Shown here: in pieces, positions 1-14,800 of the stretch
Numbering within the stretch: position 1 is the stretch's first letter
How the letters are laid out: each line of letters begins with the position of its first letter
Source: Balanoglossus misakiensis
Taxonomy: Eukaryota > Animalia > Hemichordata
DNA: 64,000 bases
Assembly: GCA_040954595.2 (NCBI GenBank)
Contig: CM082587.2
Coordinates: 6,375,705 to 6,439,704, forward strand
Direction of reading: 5' to 3'
Translations under genes and position numbers: made by a program
Notes under the pieces: model-generated
Database searches by the model: none
The model's input: the letters and a program-made list of their open reading frames with translations, nothing else
Told to the model about the DNA's origin: nothing

Positions 1-3000
1 ATTCATATGCGCCAATTATTCATGATCAACCTGTTTTATTACCCCGCCATCATTTAGTATATCTAATTGTACAATTAGACTATTTGAAAGACGGTATAGG
101 GTGACTCTTCGCCAACTTAACTCAGTCATTAAACTTGCGCGATATCGACAAAGAGCGTATATACGTCATGCTACCATAATAACACAGCATGGTGTTAACA
201 TAGAGACATCAAAGGCTTTCTTTTCGGGGTGTTTGATGCAGCGATTATTGACATAGTCTGAATGAAACTCTTACTTGAGCTAAATGGTAATATTTAGGGG
301 CCGGAAATGAGTCTTGATCTTAACCAATTTTTATTTAGTGGCGTACAGCCAAAGGTGTTATATGGAAATTAACCCACGAACAAAATGGCGTGAAATGAGA
401 CTACGCACGTATTTAGTTTTTGTATTTCTGAACTTGTTTATTCGAGTCACAACAAAAGGATACGCACGTATCTTTACAGTAAAAGGAGACTCACTCTTCC
501 TAGAGCCTGGGGTGTTTATTGAGGTTTTAACATGGCTTTGTCTCTGAATTTGAATCGGACTCTTAGCTCCAATTATGTTTTCGCAGTGTCCCAGTCAATG
601 TTCTGAACTCATCTGAATATTTATGGTTGGTCGTTGTCGCGATTTCTGTGCATCCGGGCAGTGAAATCCCACGCATCTATAATCATGTCAAGTTTCAAAA
701 CTATTCATGAAAACTCTGGCGTCAGCCAAACTTTACACAGTAATGACAAAGCTACAGTCGAAAACGTTAACACGGAAAACCAAATGGCCATTCAAAGACG
801 TAGACACGCTATTTTGGGTGTGCTCATAACTATTACCTTGTACTTTTTCCATCTGATCCAAAAACAGGCATACAAACTTCATTCGATAATACTGAACTAC
901 GAACATCACTACATTGTCATTTATAATCCCTTCCGCTTATTCCCTCATGAACATTGGGCATTGATACGGAATCAAATCTTGCACTCATCCCTCGCAAGTC
1001 AAGAACACCTTTCTCCTTTGTCGATGTGACGCTGTAGACAGTAGCCAGAAAAACTCACAGCTAATTGGAGATTTCGTCGAAAAGATTGTGTCCTATTTTT
1101 TTCCTAATCCATCCTAGTCACGAGTTTCTTCACATCTTACCAGTATAAGTAGCGTTATCAAGACTCTGTCAAGCATCAGCATTTATCCTTCCTGCATCGT
1201 GACTCAGGGAACTCTGAAAAGGCAGCAAGTTCCTAGATCTTCCTCATTGCCCATGATTTCCCGGGGAAATCATTTAATGGATTATGCTATTTCTCCCTTT
1301 GTGAAGTGAGCTGGTTATGAACAGTCAAGGTAATTGACCCTGCTTTACAGTGTACCCTGGCGGGCATTGAAGAATCACACTAACGTGTTCAATTTTTCTT
1401 CGAACTTGTTTATCAAAAAAACTGACAGCAAAACGCAAGAACTCACATTTGCTGTTACCATGATACAGTTTGGCCATCGTAATTTTGGTATGTAACTGGG
1501 AAATGTCCAATTCATTTGGAGTAAAATTCTCCCTCCATTTTATATTCAAAGCATTATAAAAAGCAAGCCTGAAATCCGCCCAAATTAGGTAAACGTGGTA
1601 ATCCGCACAGATGGTCGGTGTTTTCTTGTACTGTATCAGGCAATAAAATGTGCATATTTTCAATTTGTTGCTTAGCAGATTAGGCTTAAATTTCACAACC
1701 AAGTAACAACCTGGTTGTTACTTTAAAGTCATTAGCAACCACTCCATTCAGCCATTTAAATATTGTTGCATAACAGTCTCATGCCCTAATGAACAACACA
1801 CGTAAGCACAAACAACTTAATGAAAGTAATGATACATGAAATTCCAAAACCATTCTTCCTCAATTTGAAAAATAGGTGCATACCACCCATCATTGGGAAT
1901 GTTGATTTTGATATGTTCCTTATGAAGGTCAAATGGACGTGTACCGGTATATCATAACTTGCAAATAACCATATGTAGGGAAGGAGGTCAAAAAGTAGTG
2001 CACATGTCTACAAACCGACATTTTGCCTGTTAAAATCATTTGCCTTGCCGAGGCTCCATGCTGCGTACAGTAAACCCTCATTTTGAAGGAGTGTCTTATT
2101 ACAATGTCAAACATTCGGTCAATACCATATTCTAAAAAGACCTACGGTTGTGAAATGCCCCGGTAGTATTTGGCAATAAGCTCTAATAAACATCATTAAG
2201 TTAATATTCTTGTGGGCTGATGAATCAGCATTACTGCTGATTATGGTCTGTACCGATTCGCAAATGGAGCAACGTTGGAATTTACGTATCGTATTACTTT
2301 CATTTAATTGTTGTGCCCAAGGGGGTTTGATCATTAATGTAGTCATTCTACACTCGAAGAGTTTGTTCGTGATGCCTTAACATATTCATGAAGTCATTTC
2401 AACACAATAAATCATGGTTTCAGTTTCGGTAATCGGATCACATGCCATTTCCAGATCATGGTAACTAGCAATTGTCTTGTGGAAGGCCCCATATCCACAT
2501 ACATGAAAAGGATGAGTGAAAATGAAATAGGAAATTGGCTGATTGCTGAAATACACATACACCGATTCATGTTTTACAATTTTATGTTGTGTTTTCTTGG
2601 TGGCTTATGTCGAGGAGTAAACCGACTGTTGATATTTTGGGCAAGGGGTGAGGTTTCTATGGCTAGGACGATTAAGATGTCTTTGAATATCTTGGCCGTG
2701 TCAGAAAACGTCTGGCACTAGCGCCCCCCCCCCCCCTCCTCATCTGTTAAGATGACGTGTCCCCGATGGATTCCCGGGCCCTGCGTGCCCGCAAAGGTTG
2801 TGAAATCTAAATGCAAGGTGTGCCGACCATGGCAGGTTATATGAGGAACACCTGTCACGCCATTAGTGCTTCATCTCCAAGGTACACCGAACTGTGAGTT
2901 TTGATTAATTTCATAGTGATAAGGTCATCACACATCCTCCGTTGGGAGGTATTACCGTTATGAAGTGAGCCAAAATGAAAGTGATGCCAGGCGTGTACTA

Positions 3001-6000
3001 TACACGCGAGTGTCATATATAGAGCACGAGCCCTGGGTAATAATGCATTGAGATGGTTTCAATCTAATCTTTCTGGACAGAGACAATTTGTTATCGTAAA
3101 CTCTGCTGCAGTTAATGCCCTCGAGGTTTGGCCCCTGGTCGAGTATTGATCAGCATTTTGGGAGATGTGTTAGCTGGTCATGACTGTAACACTTCCATGC
3201 ACACAGATGACTGCACCTTGTCTTTACCTCGATTTATTAAATTCGTTGTAGCTCTCTCGTTGTGTATATTCAGTAATCTTTATTTTTTGCTTTCTCGCGC
3301 GCTATAATCGTGCCATCGAGCCTGTTTGTGCCGCTGTCGTAAAGAGGGCAGGTTTTACGACAATTCGGGTTCATTCAATCTGCTCTTGTTCCGGTCATAT
3401 TACACGATGACGACACCAATCCAAATTTGACGTTTGAAACCTATAACACACACGCACGTTACAAAGTAGTTCTTGAATTACATCGTAAACACGGTATAAA
3501 TGGTCTTGATCCTGATAATCCGCAGTTTATGAACATGTGATACTGAGGATTCATTGCTCCCTCTATACAGCTTGCTGTGTTGAACATTCTATGCACAAAT
3601 TCCATTGCAAGCCCCTACGCAACAAGTGCCAACGAAATTGGGTCAATATGGGTATCGCAATTAAAATGAAATTTGAACTAACATACACAAATCTAACTCA
3701 ATGTAATATGATCTAATTCAATTAAATCACGAGGCAACCGTATTTATTTCAGTGGAGGGTTCTTTTTCAGTTGGTTGTAAATTCTGTTTTGATTTGTCAT
3801 GTGAAACATTCTCCATATGACATAAATTTTCGCATGTAAAATGAAGACAACACGGAGAGAGTAACTTTGAGATAATTTGTTTTAAAGAATCGATGAACCT
3901 TGACGTATTTTGCTGTCTCAATGCTGCATAACAACAGTCCTTCTGTGCGTTTGATTTCAAGCAACATTACAAAGTGTGAAAATAAATTTCCCCCAACTGT
4001 TCCTTTGCAACATAAAGCTTCAATATTTTATAATGGACAGATGTATTGGATGCCCTTCCCTGCCTCGTTAGTTTGCTCATTGTCGTAACCAAGCGCTTCA
4101 TACAAACCAGCCATAATCTTTCCTGTTTTAAGCGAAGGAATTATGTACCTTCATGATGCGTCATTTTTCCAACCTTCATTATTTCCCCCTTAGGCCATAT
4201 TCAGCAGTGAATCAGATGATATATCACGATGGATTTGCTTCCAGGTGCGTTGTGCAACATTACCTAGTAAGGCCGCAAACTGTTTCTTTTTCTTAAATTA
4301 GAGTGTAGGTTGATATTTAAAAATTACATAGTGCTATACTATATTAACTCCCTGTAGGTGTATCTCCTTTTTGCATTTGTTATAGTCTCCTAAATACCAT
4401 CGGAAAGCAATATGCCGCCATTAGGCCACGTAACATTTTTTGGAAATCCTTGGTTCAGGCGCTTCCGCATATAATATGGTTGTTATGCAATGCCATTTTT
4501 AAAACAATGTACTGTGCCACGTTTTCATAATGTCGGAGAAAGCTATCAGAGTATAGTTGCCCCAGAAACATGGGTTCAATGCTCTCCACAAACCAGTCTT
4601 CTACCATGTGACTTCAACTGAATCAGAAGTGTACTACATGAACCGCCCCACTGGTAAAGTTTAGTGAACTGTAAACACATGAACTATAAAAGGTCAAGTG
4701 GTCGCCATTATTGAAGTGAGCCCTCCTGGTAGGCGCATATATAACAGTGTCAAACCAACATAAACACAACCATATTCGTCGCTATTTATGCATAATGAAC
4801 GCACATTGCAAACTATGGGAAATTTAACAGTGATCTCAAGACATTTCACAAAATGAAAGTTGCCACTTCAAATTGTGAATGATAAAAAAGTTTTCGCAAC
4901 ATTAAATATTATGCACAGTTCAAAAATACATATCTGAGGAAAGGATGACAAACGGCCACGATTTCTGCAACGAAGTTCGTTCAGGTTGATTATATTCCTG
5001 TTTACGGAACAGCTGCATTGAGCAGATTGGCAAGAGTTGGCATCTTGTCCCATGCAGCTGCACAATTAAATTCGCTGAAAATTTGTCTCTGCAAAGTATG
5101 GCTAATAACAACATACATGTCACCGCTTCATGCAATTTAATGAGCCCACTCACTTCCCAGGATTGAATGATGCAGAATTATGGCTGTCCCAAGTTTCCCT
5201 TTAATTGGCATGATGTGCTGTGTTCACCTTCACCTCTCCCCCCTCCCCACTCTCAAAAAAAATGTTGCCGACATTATATGTTGGCGGGAACAGTAGAATG
5301 CGCCGTCGGTGCCTACCCTCAAAGTCCAGATTAGACAAACTTAAATAGGCTTAACCCAGTCCCACTGCATAAATCCAGCTTCATAAAAGAATAATTAGCG
5401 TGTTCCACATTTCAAGCTGAAGAACCATGCAAATATCAACAGAAAACTTACCTGCCGCTTGGATTTTAATAAAGGCAGGTCCACAACGTCAAAAATCCAC
5501 ACTTTTCTGGCTAGTCAACTAAGTGCCATCTGGTGCAATGTACGGAGCCGAAAAAAAACTTTGTTTGCAACCTCTAGAAATTTAAGACATATAAACCATT
5601 GTCCAAGACATGTTTTGTTTACAAGGGAGGGATAATTGATGTTTCTTAGTGTCCTCACTGACTGGCCAAGGCCACAGCGTGGCATATTGTTTATGTTTTC
5701 AAGTGAGCTGACAGTGTACCAACTATTTCTGCGTGGAATAAAAAGTGACCTAAAGATGTACATGCTTCATCTGCTACATTGTTTATTTTATGCAACTTTC
5801 AATGTTCACATTACACATATAGTAACGTATTCGTATGTTTCGATAGGTGCTATGTATGTATGTGACCCATTTACAACTGGGTATTGCACACCACACGGCA
5901 TGCACATCCCGGTACATTTGTCCAATTGCGTGGTAAATCCAAAAGGTCGTGCAAATGCACGACTGAAAAAGTACGTACACTCTCAAGAATAAAACGGGGC

Positions 6001-6345
6001 AAAGAAGCTTTCGAACTTTGTCCTTGCATACTGTCGTGGCGTGAACTGTTTTGATTCGGGTATGTTAATACCACCCATAAACCGGTCAGGCTGGCTGCAC
6101 AAGTCAAACATTAAACCCAAAGCTTTCCATTCCAGTGGCAATGGACACACATCAGCCGTGTCTGCCGATTCTGTTCCTCCTTTCACACATGCGCACAATT
6201 ATCTACAGTAGATTCTGTGCAAGTTGCTATCGGCCGATAGAGATAGCTCATACATACATGTACATGTTCCATATTCCAGCTTGCCTACCCGCCTGCTTGA
6301 CAGACAGACATACACATATACAGACAGTCAGATGGAGGGGCGGAC

Positions 6346-6363
6346 ACAGACAGATAGATAGAC

Positions 6364-6393
<30 letters not shown>
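6346..6393. repeat. (GATA/GACA)n microsatellite
   Basis: Direct reading. Confidence 0.95.
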
Positions 6394-6394
<1 letters not shown>

Positions 6395-9300
6395 AATATT
6401 GACTATTTCCAAGTTAGCTGTCCATTTATTGTCAATCTTGAGGCAGAATACGGTGTGAAGTTTTAAAATGATTTTTAAAACAATAACTATGTCGACTGTG
6501 TACAAATGAACTGTGTTGAGACAAATAACACTACGCTAGCAATTGATGACAGTTATCCCATGCATTAAAATCGCGTATTCTGTATCCTCCAACTTTCTCA
6601 TCTAGCAATAAGCCATGCAAGTTTATGCTTGGGAAATAAATATTTCATAGGTAATGGATATGCTTGTTCTCTTGTACTAATTGCAAATCCCTTAACTTCC
6701 ACATGATATGTAGCAATTGAATATATTTAACAATCCTACGGTCTCAATTTGCTCCAGTTCAGTGCAAAAATAACCATGAACCCCAAACGATTAAATGTAG
6801 ACATTTGTGATCGAGCCAGAGGGCCATATTCTCCAGCTTGTTCTAGAAAAACAATTGTTAAATGGATAAATGGATAAACACCGCAAACCGTCTCAATTAG
6901 ACATGAAGCCGTCCATTCAAAACGGATATAGATTTAAATATGACAATATGGCGCCAGAGGGGGTTAAACTAATTAGCGGAGCAACCGGGCCCTACGAGTC
7001 GCATTCATGTTGGTACTCTGACGCGCATGATCTATACAAGACACCGATTTGAATTTTTGACGTCGTGGGGAATTCGACACTTCAAAGCGAACTGAGCAAG
7101 AGTAGGGATCATTCTACCAAAATGGCGTATGGACAAAACTAACGCGACACAAACGTTTCCAAATAATGAATAGATTTTATGAGAAGACAGTTCAAAGCTC
7201 TGCACTCTCTATACGACACCAAAATCTTAGCATGACCCCCAAATCTTAGCATGACCTTATACGGCAGCGTAAAGGAACTCGCGTTTAAACACTTGGTGTG
7301 AAAAAGTAAATCATATCCTACACAAAGCGAACATATTTTAATGTAAAACATTGAAGACTTGTTTTATTTGACATCATGTCAATCATTCAGGTTAAAGTCA
7401 TATGGAATGATACGTTGCTAAAATCAAAGAGAAGAACACAGAAATATGAAAACAAAATATATTTCCAAAATTAGTAGTCCAGCCATTCGCATACCCCTGT
7501 TATTGTACATCCCAGGATATTGGTCGGTATTTGATTACTGATGAGACAACAGACCTAACAAGTCAACCAAACTGAATACACATAATTGCTTCTTCAATTC
7601 GACTTTTGAACAAAATTCCCATTTACTTAGCAGTCACCAAAGAAATAATAAAAATACACGTTAAAAGACCACAGACTAATGAAAAGATTGTAACGTCATA
7701 CAGGGGTCGTGAAAGTGACCACATTTAAATGCTGACGTCATCGTTTAAATGAGAGACACGTGATGACGTCATCACGGTCATGGCAGTGAGCAAGGATGAA
7801 CAATTTCTTTACCGAGTTGGCTTCATAAAAAGAGACAGAAATTGAAAAAAAGCAGGAAGTTGGTAATCGTCCAATTCCTGCAAGTTTTCTTCAGAAAACA
7901 GGCCTTATTAGAAGTTTAATAAGCATGATAGTTCGACCCATACTGCTAGCTTTATTAATCCTTGAAGCTAAGTGTATAATGTTGCCTATTTGATATTTAC
8001 ATTGAATTCTAAACTGGTATAGGTTCTATTTAAAAGAAATATATGACAGTAAAATGTAATATTAAGGTTATGGGGGGCTAGAAATAATCCGTGCATACAA
8101 GTAATATAACTAAAATACAAGTTAAGGGTTTGCGTTCACAACTGTATGAGCAAGGGTTCCTTGCGACCGTTTCCAGATTTATAACGCTAAGCCACTGACA
8201 AGAATAAAACATGTAGTAACAACACCTTACAATATGTGTTGTGAAAACAACCAACACACACGTAAACCGCGAAGGTAGTTGTTGTTGTGAGATCACAAAC
8301 GATTAAAATTGATTGTTGTGGCTGTATTCAACTATTATTCTACTCGGTGGCCCGCGTTATCAATCTGTAAATGGTTGTTGATTTCCTCAGTACCGTTTTC
8401 AAGGAGTTTTCAGCATTTTTCAAGTAACATAAATAATTTTTTGTGCCGAGGAAACTGAAATGGTAATTGGATCCAAAATATGCGTATCTAAGTCCCATTC
8501 TCTTTTCAACCATTACCGCGTCGAATCACCTGGTTAATAAATATGCATCTTCAGTGTGGTGGGTTGATGTACGGTAGCATCTAATCTGCGAAAAGTCCAA
8601 CAAATGTTTCCCGCCCAAACGCCCTGGTCGTCTGCGCAATTCGTCACGGTGAAATCCATCTCTGCGTTGCCAATGACAGCATTACACATTTCTATGCTTC
8701 CCGTCTCCTCTATCAGTATCAAACGGCATGTTCCACATGGCCATCAAACCTCGTCGTGTGAAAACAGAAGGTGTGCTGTATGTAGTCTTCAGTGTCGGCC
8801 ACCCCATCCCTTGGTAAAGAGTTGTATTTATTAATTTAGCTTCCGTAACCTGGACCGGTACAGCAATATTTGGAGAGGAAATCCGGAATGGTCCTTTGGG
8901 TTGTGTTTTTATATATTTATTTCAGTCTTTTTTTATCTACATATTAATCCCAGTAGTCAAAACCGTATGCCAGTCTCTCCGCTGCCCTACGGGACATGGC
9001 ACTATATCTTGCATTTCTGTTGTGATTGCTTCGGCCGGACCGCGTGGTTGTCGGGGGTTGGGATCGGTCCGGAGCCTGTAGACAGAACCATCCCAAACTG
9101 CAAAACTTTCCGAGTAGAAAATCTGCGAATTTATCTGTAGGGAAGACGAAGAAAGTATTAGTTTGAGCTGAGAAGCAGAGTGTAATATATAGAAATCAAT
9201 AACTTATAGCTGGGTTGTTTCACTATTTTGGAATAGAGTCGAGAGGATTTAGGATCAACTGATGCTCTATCCTATAATCCAATCATTATATTGTTAAGAC

Positions 9301-11744
9301 AAGTTTTCGAACTCTCGCATCGTACTCAATTTAGCAGATAAAAATGATAAAACGCTTGATTGAGATAACACGACTGCCTTTGTGCAAGCTAGTTCAAGCT
9401 CATGTTTACAAGCATGGAATCATTCCAACGATTATTTGCGGCTGCTGCAACAGTGGTACAAAACACATGATGTTGGGCGGAAACAAGCTAATAGAAACCC
9501 AACACACATAGTATCAAAAAACACAATGTAGTGCGACGAAGCGCACAAAAGTCAAGTAGAGCGCACCGGTACATTCAAAATGCCAGACTGATACTAGACA
9601 TCTGCCGGTACCAATTGACCTTCTGGGCAACAACAGGCCCATCGGATTGCGTACAAAACAGCTCGAGAGACCCTCGTGATAAATGCACATTGGACTACCA
9701 TGTCGCTTTAAAGGAGGATAGCCTTTAGACAAGTTTGTTCGGTGTTTCGGTTAAAAGTTATGATTTTTGTCGGATTAGTTGGGAACTTGAGTCTGACCCG
9801 CAAGCACTACTTTACAAATACCGGTAGGTGCGTGGAAGGCTGGCCAGGAGTAAAGGATTAATTGTATCATCTACTCAGTATCGTACAAGTCAAAGTATTA
9901 ACCTTTCAAAGAAACATTTTACTTATGTTGGATCAACAAGGATGACATTAGAGGGGTACTTAACTTTTAACTTTTACCTTTACTGCTGTGTACATACGCA
10001 GAAAGAATGAATTCTTTTTAAGGATTCCCGCAGGGTTTTGCATTTTGCATGTGTGCATATGGTTTGCTTTTGTGGGGAAGTACATATTTGGTAGCTTTTG
10101 GTTTAGTTACATACATACATACATACACACACACACACTGGTACATACATACTATGTGCATGTTCTGTACACATTGATGGCTTTCTTATGAAAAGTTTGA
10201 TGAATAGTTTGTAGAATAGACGTCATCGTTAGTGGTATGCACGTGCAACCTGTTACAGATAACGAAAGCTTGGCTGCCTTCATCTGACCTAATCACGTGA
10301 CTGCTTCTTCATCGCAATTCAACTTCTGCGACTTCATTGCAAAATATCTCTGTTGAAAAAGGTTAAGACACAGCAAGCCATAAATGTTTTACAGTAATGT
10401 CAGGAACAAGGGCTTTCAACAATATACAAGTGTCACCCATCGTATGATTCGTCAGAGTTAAACTGTTGCATGTGAAAAAGTCACTGACTTGACAGGTATT
10501 TATGGCGACAGGAAACGATGATATTTATACAAAATGAAATGATTAATGGTCATGTATTATGGATACACATTATACTGCCCTCCGAGGAAATATAGAGTAC
10601 ATTTAAAAACAACCCATATAAGGGATGTTTAAATCGTTATTAGCAGTTATTTATAATATTATACCCAAAAGCGTGATGATCTTGTTCATTTAAATATTGT
10701 CGATGAACAGATGGGCCATGATCTAGGTTAAAGCGACACTAACTGTAACTTTTGGCCTTATTTTTCAGTCTTTTCATTCCGTGTACCAAAATTTGTTCTA
10801 CTCCAAACAGCATGCTAATATACCCAGTACTCCACTTGTCAAACCAGTGAGGACCATTGCTATTGTTGACAAATGATTTCTAGTCCGGACTTGAATTCAG
10901 GGTTTGCACAATAACAATGCTGACAATTCACTGCCACTGGGTTATATATGATATAACTACATTAATCTGCGAAAACATACAGATATACAATTAGACCTTA
11001 CTATGACCAATCTATACAAGAAGTTTAATTAAACTCGCTTCAATAATTTTGGCGTGATGCCAAATTGCAAATAATTGGACCTGTATATGTATATGATGTT
11101 GTGATCTGTATGTTATATCAGACATAATTTCAGCATTTCGGTATGGTAAATATACCCTCACAATTTTGTTACCATTAGTCGTATACGGAAATGTTTTATT
11201 CATAGTGTACATGTATATCAAATGTCATTCGCTTGATAAACGTGAACGCCATGTGACATCAATATTGGTAGAAATTAATTTCATTGTTTTCCAGATGGTT
11301 CATTGACTTTCTTTTCAACAGACGCATGACGTCACCATCACTTAAAAATAAATTTAATCCGCAATGTCTTACGAAACTCGTGTGTGATATTTATCTTCAG
11401 TGGAGCATTCTGTAGTCAGGAAATGTACAGACTTTGATACAGATAGGATTTTTTCTCTCTGATACTGCGACAAGCTTTGTCCTATCATGCATAAAACACA
11501 ATTATTCATAATACTCTTAGTATTACAATATATTTCCCCAGGGTCTTGGATATGGCTTAAATTTCATGGTCTATCTGTCTCATCATAGAATTTTCCTCTA
11601 CCCTTTGGTTGGTTAAGAAAGCGAGTCAAAACCTGCTTCCTATAATTAATAATGAAATGATTTGTATGCCTGATGGAGATTCTATTATTTGCTTAGCGAA
11701 AGAGTGATTATACAAATGTTTGATTTATTCTTATGTATGCCACT

Positions 11745-11821
11745 GACTCATTCACTCACTCGCTCACTCACTTACCTACTTATACTTACTCGCTCACTAA
11801 CTCACACACTCACTCACTCAC
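11745..11821. repeat. Degenerate (ACTC)n microsatellite
   Basis: Direct reading. Confidence 0.75.
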
Positions 11822-14800
11822 TTATTCTCTCATGTTCCCCTTTGTCTATAGTTCTCTTAAGCTTACGGCCATTTATGACAGAGTACTGGATGTGATACTG
11901 AGTATAACGGCATGGGCATGGCTGTTTTCATTTATGTGTAGGGGTCAGGAAAAGCCACAAATTTAAAGGGGCAAAGGATATCTTGATCACCTGAAGTGGA
12001 TTTCCCCCCACCCTCGAATGGTGAACACCCTTGATTTGTCCGCCAATAGATGTATTTGCCTGATTTCATTTCCATACGTGTGGTACGCCCTCAACTTCCT
12101 TGGACCCTTTACAATGTTTGATCGAAGGATCAACGGCGGTCTTTGATATTCAGGGCGGGGTCCTTTCTTTTAATTACAAACAGTATGGTTGATCCTTGCA
12201 TTGTGCTATGGAACATGAATACTCATGCGCAGAAGAGTAGACAACTTCGCCCCTGTTGCAATTGCCATTCATTGTGGCACACACATTATTATAATAATCT
12301 GTCATTTGGTAGCTCAAAGTAAGTATATCTGCGGATAGTATTATTGAAGCTTAAAATACTCAGCAATCAATCTTGCTGGTGATGTCATGTATCAACACAC
12401 AACTATCACTCTGCATTCATCAGCAAACGTCGCTTTGATGGTCATGATCTACTATCGAATGATTTGCTAAAGTATCTTATAAGTGCTCAGAACATCCATT
12501 TGAAAATTTGAATGATCACTTATAACCAAGCGCAGTGTTATAATTACTCTTACATTTTATATTTGTCACATTTTGAAATAGCTCCAATTCCACACTGTAT
12601 GCACAATTCAAAAATGTATCATTCTAATCAAAATATCCCCTAATTTGATGAATTACGCAGGAAGTCTTATTTACATCAGTTTCACTTCACTGATTAAGAC
12701 AAATTTGGATTTTCAAAATAGAGAGAGGAAGGTCATATACATGTATCCGCCTGTAGAACATCAATATCACTCCTTCGATCTCGGACGAAAATAAAATAGG
12801 TTAATTGATACCTATGTTTCACAATCACAGAAGGCTAGTTGATTTTCTCGATTTTTAAAGCATCGTTCTTTGTATTCAAAAGCATTTCATTGAAAAGACA
12901 CAAAGCAGTGTCTCCGGGGCCTGTGAGTACAAGTATCATTTACCGCTTGTACCATTAACATATTTATTCAAAACGACACATGAGCTAAGAAGTTCATTTG
13001 CTTCCCGCACCAAAGAAAAATGAAGAAGCTGTAACGGGAGAAAAACAACATTTTTACCAGCGCTGTTCGGATTGAATCGCGGACTCAGCGGTAGAAGCCA
13101 ATCATGACATTGAGAAATTGCCGGCAGAGATCTGTTGCATTGGCCGCACTAAAAGTTTTCGCTTTCCAGAGGTTGACTTGTAGAACAGTATCGTAGCAAT
13201 GTTCACAGTGCCGTGAAAAGTAATACAAGACCTGTCACCTTTAGATGATACAGCAGTGAGAGACATATGTATCCATAGTACAATTGAAACTGACGACTTT
13301 TCAGGCAGAGTTCTGAACCACAGGAAACACTCGGTACAATTACGCACTAGGCAGAGACTTACCTCGACTTTGAGTATTCTCTCGACTTTTTCTGACAAGC
13401 TGGTGTCTACTTGCAGGTAAGACTGGCATGCTTAGGACTATATGCAGTAGAAGTGTTAAAACAAAGAATATACTGGCAATCCACTTCGAAGACATCTTAT
13501 TCCCCGTCTCGCCCAGTCTTCCTCTGTTGGAACCGAAAAACGCAAAATAAGGAGGGGTCCGTTTTTAGCAGTGCCAAGTAAGGGATGAACTATCTGAGTA
13601 ATCAACAACGGTATGGATAGCGCATCCTTTTATTTCGTTGTGTGCCCACCTACGTGTAACTTCATTACTTTATCTGGCAAAGATTTAACCCCCTAGCCAG
13701 GCAAACGTTGAAGCTCCTCGCACGACGAGCGCTGGACCACCTAGCTGAAGGAATCCCTTAATGTTTGGGCTTTCACATTCATGTGGCAATCACTGCCATT
13801 AAAGAAGGGGGTGCCAGAGATGTACATGACGTACGTTTCAAAACTAAACACCGACTTAGAAGTCCCATTAATACATTAGTTTTGAAAAGCTAGTTGGGGT
13901 GTCAAATACGCATTTTGAACTGCAAGCGTTTGTGAGCCATGAACGTCGTAGGAATACGAATGATTACTTACTGAATGCCAATTAATAGGGAGGGCGCGGT
14001 TCATTCTAATTCACTTTACCATAAAGCTGATTTGTACGAATGTTAGTGTACTAGCTGATAAAGCTTCGTCGTAGGGGTCCACTGTACATGTACCAGTACA
14101 CGATTGTGTGTCACAATCAGAAAAAATATAATGCATACAAAAATCATGTATGGTGTTTTCTTTATATCAATTAATAAAAACTCCTCTATTGGCACCTTTG
14201 TTGAAAAATTACTACAATATTGCAACTGTCTTTTTTGTGAAATAGTATAACATTAGACAGCCCATTTAAGCATATACTAGAGTTAAGGTTTTGAGTTGAT
14301 GTGTGTAACTATTGGACCAATCTCACCCCCCCCCCTCCCCCACGAAATCTTTAGTTGATGTTCACCTATTTGCACATCTCAGTGTGTAGAACATGCGTAC
14401 CGGTAGACCTGGTGTTTTATGTAAAAGAGCGCAACATGTAATTTAGGCGAACCCATTTGCCTTAATTAAGGCTACTTTGCAATGTGTGGACCACATTAAT
14501 ATCCAATTTTAGGTTACTTATTATTGCTTAAGTAATGTTTTGGGTTTTTGAGTGGAACACAGGTAACTATGAAGCAAAAATTGCTTCCAAACCATTTGGA
14601 CGACTGTTGACCTAACTCCACCCATCGTGGCATATTCGTTGCTGCTTGCAGCTGTACTGTATTTCAAACTTCTATCGATAAACACAATGATGCGTTCAAC
14701 GATTATTGAATAGCTGCCTATTGCACAATATCCAGACGATTCCTCACGCACAAAAACTGTTGGTCTCCAGACAATCAATGTTTCGACACAATTCCTGCCA

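Noticed and set aside
5444-5456. aaacttacctg resembling the U1 snRNA 5' end
   Set aside because: No downstream U1 sequence; it is simply a donor-like motif on the minus strand.
13060-13100. Possible tRNA 3' half on the minus strand (gcgattcaatcc)
   Set aside because: No acceptor stem or D-arm pairing found.
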